Source: Alphaproteobacteria bacterium (GTDB lineage Bacteria; Pseudomonadota; Alphaproteobacteria; MPNO01). Taken from it: a DNA stretch of 64,000 nucleotides. Of the stretch, positions 1 through 9,979 are shown piece by piece. Where the stretch lies: assembly GCA_964291675.2 (NCBI GenBank), contig OZ219865.1, positions 352,001 through 416,000 of the forward strand. Reading direction: 5' to 3'. Position numbers and translations under genes: made by a program. The notes under the pieces were generated by a model that did not search any database, was not told the origin of the DNA, and saw only the letters and a list, made by a program, of their open reading frames with translations. How positions within the stretch are numbered: the first letter of the stretch is position 1; the number at the start of each line of letters is the position of its first letter.

Positions 1-996
1 CGGGTACTCGTTCATGTAGCGGCTGCCGTCGCGGTCGAGCAGGATCCAGGTCATCTTGACCTGGGCGTCGCTGATCTCGCCGGTCTCGTCGCGCCGCGCC
101 ATGAAGCCGCCGCCGCCGGGCCGCCAGTCGGGCAGGCGCTTGACCCGGATGGCGTAGGGGTAGTCCGGGTCGGGGTTGCGGAAGCCGTAGGCGCCGTGGA
201 AGTGCCACATGTGCCACAGCTCGGCGCCCACGTCCTGGGCCATGACGATGCCGTCGCCGGTGTTGTGGCGCGCCGCGGCGGGCAGCACCGGCCGGCCCTC
301 CCAGTACTGGTCCTGCCGCTCGGGGCTGCCCTCGAACCCGCCGCAGGCGAGGATGACGCCGCGCCTTGCCGCGATCCGGCTCACCCCGTCCGGCCCCTCC
401 ACCGTGATGCCGCGGATCTCCGAGCCGTCCGCCGAGGCGAGCAGCCGCACGCCGCGGGTGTTCAGCCTGATGTCGACGCTCTCCCTGGCCAGGTTGTCGT
501 CGATGATCTTGAACAGCATCGGCCCGCCCGGCGCGCCGTTGGCCCAGGGGTAGACCGCGCGGGCGTCGAAATTGGGCACCGAGACGACCACCGTCTGGTA
601 GAACGCGTCGAACCCGGGGAGCGGGTAGTTGGCCCCGGTCTTGCCGGTCTCGATGGTGGTCATCAGCTCGGCGTCGTTGACCCTGGCGAGCGCGCGCACA
701 TAGGGCTCCAGGCCCGACATCCCCTCGGCGAGAGTGCGGACCACCTCGTCCGAGGTCCGCCCGGCATTGGTGGCGGCGAGGTAGGCGTAGGCGCGCTCGG
801 CGTCCATGGCGCAGCGCACCGCCCCGTAGGAGCAGATCGAGATGCCGCCCGGCACGGCGGTCTTCTCGATCAGCAGCACGCGGGCGCCGGCGCGCGCGGC
901 CTCCAGCGCCGAGATCGACCCCGCGAAGCCGTAGCCGACGACGACGACGTCGAAGCTCTCGTCATAGCGCTCCACCGAGCGAGGGATGCCGTCCAT
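1..996 (-). CDS. FAD-dependent oxidoreductase (fumarate reductase flavoprotein / 3-ketosteroid dehydrogenase-like), runs off window edge
   Basis: Manual translation from ATG at 996: MDGIPRSVERYDESFDVVVVGYGFAGSISALEAARAGARVLLIEK, an N-terminal GxGxxG FAD-binding motif. Not in the ORF track because the stop lies outside the window. Confidence 0.85.
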   Translation of the reverse strand, partial: MDGIPRSVERYDESFDVVVVGYGFAGSISALEAARAGARVLLIEKTAVPGGISICSYGAVRCAMDAERAYAYLAATNAGRTSDEVVRTLAEGMSGLEPYVRALARVNDAELMTTIETGKTGANYPLPGFDAFYQTVVVSVPNFDARAVYPWANGAPGGPMLFKIIDDNLARESVDIRLNTRGVRLLASADGSEIRGITVEGPDGVSRIAARRGVILACGGFEGSPERQDQYWEGRPVLPAAARHNTGDGIVMAQDVGAELWHMWHFHGAYGFRNPDPDYPYAIRVKRLPDWRPGGGGFMARRDETGEISDAQVKMTWILLDRDGSRYMNEYP

Positions 997-1086
997 GTCC
1001 GCTCCTTGCCAGGGTCCGGGAGGGCGCCGGCGGCGTGGGCCGGCGGGGGGATTTTAGCCCGGTGACGCGGACCGCGCGATTCGCCG

Positions 1087-1197
1087 GGTCCTTCGATACG
1101 CCCGCCTGCGGCGGGCTACTCAGGATGAGGGGTGGGTGAGCGGCCGCTCACCAATTCCCTCATCCTGAGTAGCGGCGAAGCCGCGTATCGAAGGACC
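1087..1197. repeat. Palindromic REP-doublet/RPE-like element, copy 1
   Basis: Terminal IR ggtccttcgatacgc...gcgtatcgaaggacc with inner ctactcaggatgagg...cctcatcctgagtag. Reverse-complement copy at 24694-24798. Confidence 0.9.
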
Positions 1198-1218
1198 GCC
1201 CCGCCATTTCCCCCCATC

Positions 1219-1258
1219 CGTCATGCTCGGCCCCCGGATCAGGGCCGGCCATGACGGG
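1219..1258. repeat. Degenerate GTCATG-type REP-like palindrome
   Basis: ccgtcatg...ggatcagggccggccatgacgg resembles the units at 9980-10500. Confidence 0.55.
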
Positions 1259-1279
1259 GGTGGGCCGTATCGAGGGGCG

Positions 1280-2308
<1,029 letters not shown>

Positions 2309-2360
2309 CTAGCGAATTTCCGAGCCGTGCCCTCGCTCCGGTCACGCCGGGGCGAGAGTT

Positions 2361-2693
2361 CTAACCCTCGCGGCGCGCGCCGGCGTGGAAGAAATCGCCC
2401 GGGATCGCCTCGATGACCGGGTCGATCGAGCGCGCCCGGGCGATCTCCCGTCCCGAGCGGTGGTCCGCCAGGCGGTAGGAGCCGTCGCCGCGCCGCGAGA
2501 TCCGGTAGCAGGCATAGGGCGCGTTGCTGCGGTCGCCCGAATAGATCCGGACCTCGTCGGCCTCGCCGCCGGGGATGCGCTCGCTGCGGTACCAGCGGTG
2601 CATCAGCTCCAGCTTGCGCGCGAGCGCGGCGACCTTCTCCAGGTCGCGCGCGGTGAACCGGGCGAGGTCGAGGCGGAGGAGATCGGCTTGCAT
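2361..2693 (-). CDS. Hypothetical protein (110 aa)
   Basis: MQADLLRLDLARF... has protein-like composition and fills the gap between the ridA-like gene and hicA. Confidence 0.6.
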   Translation of the reverse strand: MQADLLRLDLARFTARDLEKVAALARKLELMHRWYRSERIPGGEADEVRIYSGDRSNAPYACYRISRRGDGSYRLADHRSGREIARARSIDPVIEAIPGDFFHAGARREG

Positions 2694-2820
2694 GGGCGGG
2701 GTCCCACTCCGGCTGGCGTCGGCGAACCACCGCATGCCGCAATGTCGAAGGATGTACAAGGAAATTCGCGCCGTCCGGTTCGCCACGATCCCCCGGCCGT
2801 CATTCCGCCGAGACTCGTGT

Positions 2821-2844
2821 TTTGATACTGATTATGGTACCAAA
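2821..2844 (+). promoter_or_regulatory. Putative HicB operator (inverted repeat) upstream of hicA
   Basis: tttgatac-N8-gtaccaaa, an imperfect IR with one mismatch, just before the hicA ATG. Confidence 0.5.
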
Positions 2845-2850
2845 GTCCAT

Positions 2851-3105
2851 ATGCGGACGAAGCATCGACGCACCCTGAACAGCGTGTTCAGGAAGCCGAC
2901 GCCCGCGGGGATCCGGTGGTCCGACATCGTTTCCATGCTCGAGGCGGCAGGCGTCGAGGTTTCCGAGCGCGCCGGGTCGCGCGTAATGTTGAAGAAGGGA
3001 CGGGAGAGAATGCTGGTCCATCGGCCTCACCCGGAGACCGAAACCGGGAGAGCGACGGTGCGCGACATCGCCGCCTTTCTCGGGGCGGCAGGAATCGAGC
3101 CATGA
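2851..3105 (+). CDS. hicA: Type II TA toxin, HicA family
   Basis: 84 aa: KHRRTLNSVF...IRWSDIVSML...GSRV...HRPHP; ATGA overlap with hicB. Confidence 0.9.
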   Translation: MRTKHRRTLNSVFRKPTPAGIRWSDIVSMLEAAGVEVSERAGSRVMLKKGRERMLVHRPHPETETGRATVRDIAAFLGAAGIEP

Positions 3106-3431
3106 TGGAATACAAGGGATACCTCGCCCGGGTCGAATTCGACGACTCGGTGGGCCGGCTTCACGGGCGGGTGGTCAACAGCGGCGCCTATCCGATCGCA
3201 ACCTTCGAGGCGGTCGACGTCGACGGGCTGCAGCGCGAGTTTCGCCGGTCCGTCGACGAATATCTCGCATCCTGTCGCGAGGACGGCGTGGAGCCCAAAA
3301 GGCCATTCTCGGGCAAGCTCAACGTTCGCCTCGGCCCCGACCTGCACCGGCGCCTCGCCCGGCTGGCGGCGGAAAGCGGCATGAGCCTGAACGGCTGGAT
3401 CAGGCAGGCGCTGGAGAAGAGCGCCTCCTAG
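3102..3431 (+). CDS. hicB: Type II TA antitoxin, HicB family
   Basis: MEYKGYLARVEFD...SVDEYL...PFSGKLNVRLGPDLH...SLNGWI with a C-terminal ribbon-helix-helix. Confidence 0.92.
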   Translation: MMEYKGYLARVEFDDSVGRLHGRVVNSGAYPIATFEAVDVDGLQREFRRSVDEYLASCREDGVEPKRPFSGKLNVRLGPDLHRRLARLAAESGMSLNGWIRQALEKSAS

Positions 3432-3449
3432 CCCGGTCGCGAGGCGCCG

Positions 3450-4874
3450 TCAGCCGGCCCGGCGGCGGGCGGGCTCGGGCTGCGCGCGGGTATGGAGCGC
3501 GTCCTCGACCTTGCCGCCCACGGCATAGGACACCAGCTCGGCGAGGGTGACCGGCGCGCCGCGCACGTCGTGCTTGCCGGTCACCACGTCGGCGATCAGC
3601 CGGGCGTGCAGCTCCGCGGCCAGCTCGATCTGGCGCCTGGCGCGGGCGATGCGGTCGTCGATCGCCGCCTCCGCCCGCTCCAGGTAGGACACGATGGCGT
3701 GCTGTTCGGCGAGCGGCGGGCGGGCGATGCGCAGGCAGCCGAGGCCGCTCCACTCCGCCCGTTTCACCGCCGACCCGCCGGCGAGCCGGTCGGTCGCCGC
3801 CACCACCGGGCGGGAGCGCAGCACCCGCTCGACGTAGCGGCCGGAGAAGGCGGAGCGGCGCGGGCGCAGCACCAGGAACTCGCCGGCGCACAGCCCTCCG
3901 GTCTGCGGGCTGACCACCCGGGCGAGATGGGGGCGGAGCTTTCCGAACAGGACGTCGCCCGGCTCGAAACGCTTCAGCCTCGCGTCGGGCGGGGCGTCGG
4001 GCTCGCCGCGTTGCAGCCGCCCGGTCCAGCTCTCGACATGTTCAAGCGCGACATAGGCGTCGGCATGGCGCCATTCGCTGGCGACCCGCCCGGCACTGGC
4101 CATCGACGCCTTCAGCCGTTCGACCACCCAGTGCTCCGGCACCGTGCCGAGCCAGGCCGCGCCGGACTCCTTGCAGTCGCGGTAGGGGCGCCCGGTGCGG
4201 ACGTCGAGCTTGCCGGTGACCGCGCGATGCACGGTGACCAGCTTCTGCTCTTCCAGCAGCGCGACCAGCCGCTTCTTGGCGCGGACGAAATTCCGCATCC
4301 GCCGTTCGACCCGGTCGAGGAAGCGCACGATGGCGCCCTGCTCGTCGAGCGGCGGCAGCGTCACGGTCAGCCGCTTGAGCTGTTCGGCATAGATGTGGGC
4401 GACCGTGACGCCCTGGCCCATCGCGCCCTTCTGGCCGGCCGCCGGCAGGCAGTTGGTGGCGTAGCCCAGATAGCGCGCATCGACCGTCCGGCCGGGCCGG
4501 AAGCGGATCACGTCGCGGCCGCAGCAGGCCTCGGAGCGGATCAGGTTGACCGCCGATTCGCCGATCTCCTCGGCGGTCTCGCCGGTCGCCGCGAACAGCA
4601 CGTCGCCGAACCGGATCGGCGAGTACTTCGCGGCCCTGGCCCTGGGGACGAAGGACCGGCTCTCGGTGACGAAGCGGCGATGCGTGGTGTACAGGTCGCC
4701 GTAGCGGATGCAGGGAATCCCCGACGCGCGCTCGTCCAGCCGGTTGCCGCCCTTGCCGGTGGAGAACGAGCCGAACCGGCCGAGCGGTTCGACGTCCCAG
4801 TGCTCGGGCACAAGGCCGAGCCAGTCCAGGCCGGAGTCCTTCATCTCGGGATAGCGGAGGAAGGCGGCGGTCAT
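3450..4874 (-). CDS. hsdS: Type I restriction-modification specificity subunit
   Basis: YPEMKDSGLDWLGLVPEHW, and two TRD plus conserved repeat units (LPPLDEQGAIVRFLD; PPLAEQHAIVSYLE...LIADVVTGK). Confidence 0.9.
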   Translation of the reverse strand: MTAAFLRYPEMKDSGLDWLGLVPEHWDVEPLGRFGSFSTGKGGNRLDERASGIPCIRYGDLYTTHRRFVTESRSFVPRARAAKYSPIRFGDVLFAATGETAEEIGESAVNLIRSEACCGRDVIRFRPGRTVDARYLGYATNCLPAAGQKGAMGQGVTVAHIYAEQLKRLTVTLPPLDEQGAIVRFLDRVERRMRNFVRAKKRLVALLEEQKLVTVHRAVTGKLDVRTGRPYRDCKESGAAWLGTVPEHWVVERLKASMASAGRVASEWRHADAYVALEHVESWTGRLQRGEPDAPPDARLKRFEPGDVLFGKLRPHLARVVSPQTGGLCAGEFLVLRPRRSAFSGRYVERVLRSRPVVAATDRLAGGSAVKRAEWSGLGCLRIARPPLAEQHAIVSYLERAEAAIDDRIARARRQIELAAELHARLIADVVTGKHDVRGAPVTLAELVSYAVGGKVEDALHTRAQPEPARRRAG

Positions 4875-6844
4875 CGTCCCGCCCCCTGGAAGATGTTCTC
4901 GATCAGGGTTCCGGTCTCCCGTTCCAAAGCGAGGATCTCGGCCCGGATCTCGTCCAGCCCGCGCATCGGCTCGGGGCGGTAGAAATGGCGCCGGAAATCG
5001 ATCCGGTAGCCGATCTTCTCGCTGTCCGGCCGGTACCACGCATCCGGCGCGTAGGGCAGCACCTCGCGCTCCATGAAGGCTTCGATCCCGCCCTCTTCCC
5101 GCAGCGGCACCCGTTCGGTGTCGCGCAGCCCGGAATCCGGCTCGTACTCCACCACCGCCGGCCGGCCGCCGATCTCGGCGGCGAACCGGCCGCGCAGCGG
5201 ATCGGCCGCGGCGCCCCTGCCGTGGATCCTCGCGATCACCGGCGGCGCGGTTTCCCGCCGCCTGCCGTAATCCCGCAACCGCGCGACCTCGTCGGCGGAG
5301 TGGATTTTTCCGGGCTCGGCGCCCTCGACGCGCAGCGGTCGCTCGACCGTCACCCTGCGGTAGCCGAACGCGGCGTTGTCGAGGATCCTGCTGTGCTCGG
5401 ACTCCTCGAAGTCGCGGAAGGTCTCGCAGATGCGCGCGACATGTTCCTCGCCGAGCTCGCGGCTCTTCTTGCCGACGCTCCTCTGCAGGTCGGCGAACCA
5501 GCCGGTGGCGTCGATCAACTGCACCCGGCCCCGGCGGCGCGCCGGCTTGCGGTTGGTGAGCACCCAGACATAGGCGGCGATCGCGGTGTCGTAGAAGATG
5601 TTGCTGGGCAGGGCGACGATGGCCTCCAGCCAGTCGTTCTCCAGGATCCAGCGGCGGATGTTGCTCTCGCCCTGCCCGGCATCGCCGGTCAGCAGCGACG
5701 CGCCGTTGTGGACCTCGGCGATGCGGCTGCCGAGCGGCGTGTCCCGCTTCATCTTCGACAGCGCGTTGACCAGGTACAGCATCTGGCTGTCGCTCGAACG
5801 CGGCGCCAGCGAGTACCCGGGATCGCCGGCGTGCACGACGGCAAAGCGCGCATCCCGCATGGCCTTCCTGCCGCCCATGCGGTCGAGCTCCGCCTTCCAT
5901 CTCCGTCCATGCGGCGGGTTGGACAGCATGAAGTCGAACTGGTGCGCCGCGAACGCGTCCTGCGACACCGCCGACCGCCCGGCCCCGCCTGCGATGGTGC
6001 AGGCGGCGTCGCCCCGTCCGGCGAGCAGCATGCCGGCCTTGCAGACGGCGGAGCTGTCGCGGTCGGCCTCCTGGCCGTAGAGCTGGATCGAGACCTCGCC
6101 GCGGTTCGGCCGCACCAGCTCGCGCAGGCTCTCGCCGGCCGCGTCCAGCATCTCGCCGATACCGCACGCCCCGTCATAGAGCGAGTAGGCGCCGGGCCGG
6201 ATATTCGCCGCGACCGGCTCGAAGACGAGCCGCGCCATCAGCCCGATCGCATCGCGCGGGGTCCGGTGCTCGCCGGACCCTTCGCCGCTCTCGGCCCTGC
6301 CGCGCCGCACCAGCTCCTCGAACAGCGCGCGCATGGCGGCCTCGTCGAGGCCGGTCTCGGCGATGGTGCCGTCGGCGTTGCGCACCGCGTCCGGGCCGAA
6401 ATGGATGTCGCCGGCGGTGAATTTGCGGATCAGCCTGGCCAGGGCCGCCGTCTCGCCGAGACGCTCGACCCGTTCGCGGAAGCCGAATCGGTCGAGAATG
6501 TCCCGCACGTTGGGCGAGAAGCCGTCGAGATAGGCGGCGAAATCGGCTGCCAGACGTCCGCGTCCCCCGCGTTTCCGGAGACTGCCGAGGGCGAGCCCGG
6601 AGAGGTTGTAACAGGGCTGCCCGGAGATCCCGCAGAGGGCGTCGTCCCGTTCCGCCGGGTCGGCGTCGTCGAGCTCCGCGGCGCGCGCCAGGACGGCCTT
6701 CCTGGACGGTTCCAGCAGCGCATCGAGGCGGACGACGAAGACCATGGGCAGGACGATATCCCGGCACCGGACGGGGGCGTCGCAATTGCGCAGCGCGTCC
6801 CTGGCGATTTTCCAGACCTGGTTGGCGATCCGCTGAACGTTCAC
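4871..6844 (-). CDS. hsdM: Type I restriction-modification methyltransferase subunit with atypical motifs (NPPH)
   Basis: GTG start at 6844 after an AAGGAG RBS. Motifs GEHRTPRD, LYDGACGIGEML, YGQE, FDFMLSNPPHG, GDAGQGESNIRRW. ATGA-coupled to hsdS. Confidence 0.9.
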   Translation of the reverse strand: MNVQRIANQVWKIARDALRNCDAPVRCRDIVLPMVFVVRLDALLEPSRKAVLARAAELDDADPAERDDALCGISGQPCYNLSGLALGSLRKRGGRGRLAADFAAYLDGFSPNVRDILDRFGFRERVERLGETAALARLIRKFTAGDIHFGPDAVRNADGTIAETGLDEAAMRALFEELVRRGRAESGEGSGEHRTPRDAIGLMARLVFEPVAANIRPGAYSLYDGACGIGEMLDAAGESLRELVRPNRGEVSIQLYGQEADRDSSAVCKAGMLLAGRGDAACTIAGGAGRSAVSQDAFAAHQFDFMLSNPPHGRRWKAELDRMGGRKAMRDARFAVVHAGDPGYSLAPRSSDSQMLYLVNALSKMKRDTPLGSRIAEVHNGASLLTGDAGQGESNIRRWILENDWLEAIVALPSNIFYDTAIAAYVWVLTNRKPARRRGRVQLIDATGWFADLQRSVGKKSRELGEEHVARICETFRDFEESEHSRILDNAAFGYRRVTVERPLRVEGAEPGKIHSADEVARLRDYGRRRETAPPVIARIHGRGAAADPLRGRFAAEIGGRPAVVEYEPDSGLRDTERVPLREEGGIEAFMEREVLPYAPDAWYRPDSEKIGYRIDFRRHFYRPEPMRGLDEIRAEILALERETGTLIENIFQGAGR

Positions 6845-7080
6845 GCAAACTCTCCTTCCCCGGCGCCGCGGCGGGCGCCGACCCGAAATGGCCCCCGCAT
6901 GCTCGCTCGCCGAAATGCCGGGAAGTCCGGGTCTGGCCCCTAGGTGTCCGCTCCCGCCCCCGGGCGCAAGGCCCTGTCGCCGGGCTGCGACGAAGAGCCG
7001 CGCCGCGGCGCAGGATTTCGGGGACCCCCCACGGAACCTGTGAGCGGGCAAGAAAAAAACCCGGCATTCCGCAGTTTCGA
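6783..7080. repeat. Imperfect direct repeat copy A (hsdM 5' end and leader)
   Basis: Aligns by eye with 8062-8410, e.g. caattgcgcagcgc...ttccagacc.ggttggcgatccgc and gaaatgccgggaa.tccgggtctggcccct.ggtgtcc.ctcccgcccccgggcgcaaggcc. Confidence 0.9.
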
Positions 7081-7255
7081 GGGATCGCGTCCCGGTCCGT
7101 GGCGGCCGGCGTGCGGAACCCGGTCGAGGCCGGGCGGCGGTGGCGTTGCGGAGGTGCGGTCGGATATGGAACCTGGCCTATCGGGTCTGGCCTTTGCGCA
7201 GCGAGAGCCAGTATGTAGGCGTCGAAACCGTATCTCGGGGAGGGACGAGGAACGG

Positions 7256-7483
7256 ATGGCACGTACGACCAGGGTTTTCATTCCCTACCTCCAAGGGGCA
7301 GGCTCGATTCTCGAAATCGTTCCGTCCTCTTCATACCGGCATTTCGTACCGCGGGAATCCTTCAACACCCGCATTCAGGCTGATTTCTATCGGGTAGGCG
7401 CTGCGGTACGCCATAGCATGGGCCTCTGGAACGAGGAGAACCCTCAAGCTGGGGAGCAGTCCGAACTCCGCGCTGCCGGCTAA
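7256..7483 (+). CDS. Small hypothetical protein upstream of the DUF2335-like gene
   Basis: 75 aa after a GAGG RBS: YLQGAGSILEIVP...IQADFYRVGAAVR. Lower GC than the flanks. Confidence 0.6.
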   Translation: MARTTRVFIPYLQGAGSILEIVPSSSYRHFVPRESFNTRIQADFYRVGAAVRHSMGLWNEENPQAGEQSELRAAG

Positions 7484-7497
7484 CGAACAGTTCGAGG

Positions 7498-7996
7498 ATG
7501 TCAGAGGACCGCCCATCGGAGTCCGGGTCGGAAGAACGCCCTTCGGAACCCGGCACTCAAGAAATCGTACCGCCGGTCGACGACGATCCCGAAGCGCAAG
7601 AGGTCCATGCCCGCACGGCCGTTCACGTGCGGACCACGGAGTCATAGTCGGGTCCGCTCCCGCCCGCAGATCAGCTTGCAGCTTACAACTGAGGTGGAGC
7701 CTGGCGCGGCGAAACGCATCATCGTCATGGCCGAGGAGTACGCCGCGCACAGTCGGGAGATGGAGCGGACAGCGCTCAGTCTGGAGGGGAAGGCGCGACT
7801 CAGAGGGCAGTTGCTCGGTGTCCTGGTCGTCTTGGCTGTCCTCGGTGCGTGCCTGATCGCCCTCGATCTCGGTTATGAAGCCTTCGCGACCGCGCTGGGG
7901 AGCGGAACCCTGGTCGCCCTGGCAATTGTGTTCGTCTTGGGCAAGGTTCCGGAATGGCTCAAGAAACGGGAACCCAAAGACCCGGAATCGAATTGA
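7498..7996 (+). pseudogene. DUF2335-like membrane protein pseudogene
   Basis: Frame from ATG 7498 reads ...TTES*SGPLPPADQLAAYN (TAG at 7645-7647), then a +1 frameshift near 7690 to EVEPGAAKRIIVMAEE...RGQ and two TM helices. Confidence 0.8.
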
Positions 7997-8061
7997 AGTA
8001 GAGCCATTCCCAGCCTACACGTAGCGTTGAATGGAGACCGCCGGGTCTGCCCGCGGCGGCA

Positions 8062-8410
8062 CAATTGCGCAGCGCATCGCTGGCGAGTTTCCAGACCCGG
8101 TTGGCGATCCGCGGAACGTTCAGGCAAGCTCTCGTTCCTCAGCGCCGCGGCGGGCGCCGGCCCGAACCCGCAACCGCACAAACGAACGACCGAGGGAAGA
8201 CCCCGGACGGCTGCCCGCCCGCGGCCCCGAACGGTCCCCCGCATGCCTGCTCGCTGAAATGCCGGGAAATCCGGGTCTGGCCCCTGGGTGTCCACTCCCG
8301 CCCCCGGGCGCAAGGCCATATCGCAAGGCTGCGACGATGGGCCGCGGCGCGCAGGGGATTTCGGGGGACTCGAACGGGAACGAAAAAGCCCCGGAATTCC
8401 GGGGCTTCGA
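8062..8410. repeat. Imperfect direct repeat copy B (truncated hsdM 5' fragment and leader)
   Basis: Diverged duplicate of 6783-7080 with about 70 extra bp. The start codon position is CTG instead of GTG. Confidence 0.88.
8383..8407 (-). terminator. Rho-independent terminator downstream of tRNA-Asn
   Basis: Minus strand aagccccggaattccggggcttttt: GC hairpin plus T-run. Confidence 0.7.
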
Positions 8411-8453
8411 GGTGGGTTTTCGAAAATTCTTGGGTCTCTCGGGACCTCGAAAC

Positions 8454-8529
8454 TGGCTCCCCGGGCCGGACTCGAACCAGCGACATGGTGGTTAACAGCC
8501 ACCCGCTCTACCAACTGAGCTACCGGGGA
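8454..8529 (-). tRNA. tRNA-Asn(GTT)
   Basis: TCCCCGG acceptor stem, TAGCTCAGTTGGTAGAGC D-arm, CTGTTAA anticodon loop, TTCGAGT T-loop, encoded CCA. Confidence 0.98.
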
Positions 8530-8592
8530 ACGGCATCCGCCTTGCGTCGGGCCGCTATATAACAACCCGGGATGGGGTTGTCAGCCTCGCCG

Positions 8593-9849
8593 TCACGCCG
8601 CCGCGTCGGCGAGGCGGTCGCGGTAGTGGGCGAGGAGCGCGGGCGAGGCGTGGTAGATCGGGGTGTGGCCGCGGATCAGGATCTGGGCGCTGCGCATATA
8701 GGCGGCGCTGTCGATCTTCACCGCGTCGCCGTCGCGCGCGCCGCTTATCACCGCCCCCAGCACGCCGGCCGGGTTGCCGATGCCGACCTCGCGCTCGGCG
8801 GGCTCGGGGCCGAGCGGCTCCAGCCCCGCCGCCGTTTCGTGCGCCACCGTGCCCGGGATCAGCGCCGCCGCGGCGAGGCACGACCCGCCGGTCACCGCCA
8901 TCGTCCGGTGGCAGGTCTGCGGCGTGAAGTAGCGCGCGCGGATATGGGCGCCGGCCGCCGCCTCGGCCTCGTCCGGCGCGGCGACCAGGCAGACCTTTGG
9001 CACCGTCTCGCTGGACGCGAGCTCTTCCGCGGTCATCCGGCGCCCGTCGCGCTCCAGCCCCATGGCGAGCCCGGCGGCGACCCAGAGCGGCTGCATTCTC
9101 GCCCGCAACCCCGCGTCCCGTTCGAGCGCTTCCGGCGCCTCGTCCGCGCGCACCCCGAGATCGGCGGCGCGGGCGATCGCCATCGGCATGGCGAAGTCGA
9201 GGCAGGACACCTCGATCCCTTCGAAGACGTCGCGCCTGGCGCCGGTGGGGAACAGCCTGCCGGTCTTCGAGCCGACCGGGTCGACCAGCGACAGCGCCAC
9301 CCCCGGCCAGCGCCCCATCACGCCCGGCATCTCGGTGTCGGGGGCGAGCGGCGCGCCGGGCGGGGGCATCCCGATCGCGGCGTCGACCGCGACGCCGGTA
9401 TTGGTGTTGAGGATGCGCAGCCGGTTCTGCCCCGGCGCCGGCGCCGCGAGGCCGGCCTCGAACGCCACCAGGGGCAGCGCGGCCGACATGTTGCCGCAAT
9501 TGACGCTCCAGTCGATCGCCGCCTTCCGGGCGGCGAGCTGGGCAAGCGTGCTCTCCAGGTCGAACCCCGCGCGCTGCGAGGCATCGAGGATGAACACCTT
9601 GTTGCTGGTCGTGATGCCGCGGCCGAGCCCGGTGATCTGCCGGTTGCCCGGCACCTCGCCGGCGAGCGGCACCCCCATCACGTTGCGGATCGCCTCTTCG
9701 CGCAGCCCGACCGACCGCGGCAGGTGTCGGGCCAGCAGGACGATTCCGGTCGAGGTGCCGCCGCGCGCATGCCAGACCGGGATCTCCAGCGTCCCGCCGG
9801 CGAAGCGCGGCAGAAGCCCGTCGATCGAGGGCTGTCGTGACGGGCTCAT
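8593..9849 (-). CDS. PrpF/FldA-family isomerase (AcnD-accessory-like)
   Basis: RGGTST, TTSNKV, IDWSVNCGN, ILNTNT, GSKTGRLFPTG, HRTMAVTGG. Confidence 0.88.
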   Translation of the reverse strand: MSPSRQPSIDGLLPRFAGGTLEIPVWHARGGTSTGIVLLARHLPRSVGLREEAIRNVMGVPLAGEVPGNRQITGLGRGITTSNKVFILDASQRAGFDLESTLAQLAARKAAIDWSVNCGNMSAALPLVAFEAGLAAPAPGQNRLRILNTNTGVAVDAAIGMPPPGAPLAPDTEMPGVMGRWPGVALSLVDPVGSKTGRLFPTGARRDVFEGIEVSCLDFAMPMAIARAADLGVRADEAPEALERDAGLRARMQPLWVAAGLAMGLERDGRRMTAEELASSETVPKVCLVAAPDEAEAAAGAHIRARYFTPQTCHRTMAVTGGSCLAAAALIPGTVAHETAAGLEPLGPEPAEREVGIGNPAGVLGAVISGARDGDAVKIDSAAYMRSAQILIRGHTPIYHASPALLAHYRDRLADAAA

Positions 9850-9979
9850 CCTGCGGCCTCCGCGCTCGGTCCGGTGGGGCGGCATGTTAGCCGGTCGGCC
9901 GCGGCGGCGAAACGCGGCCTGTCGTCCCAAGCCGGTGTCCCGGTCCCGAAGCTCCGTCCGTTGATACGCCGCCCGTACC

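Noticed and set aside
2770-2830. att duplicate of the tRNA-Asn 3' end
   Set aside because: Only fragmentary similarity was found, with no contiguous match.
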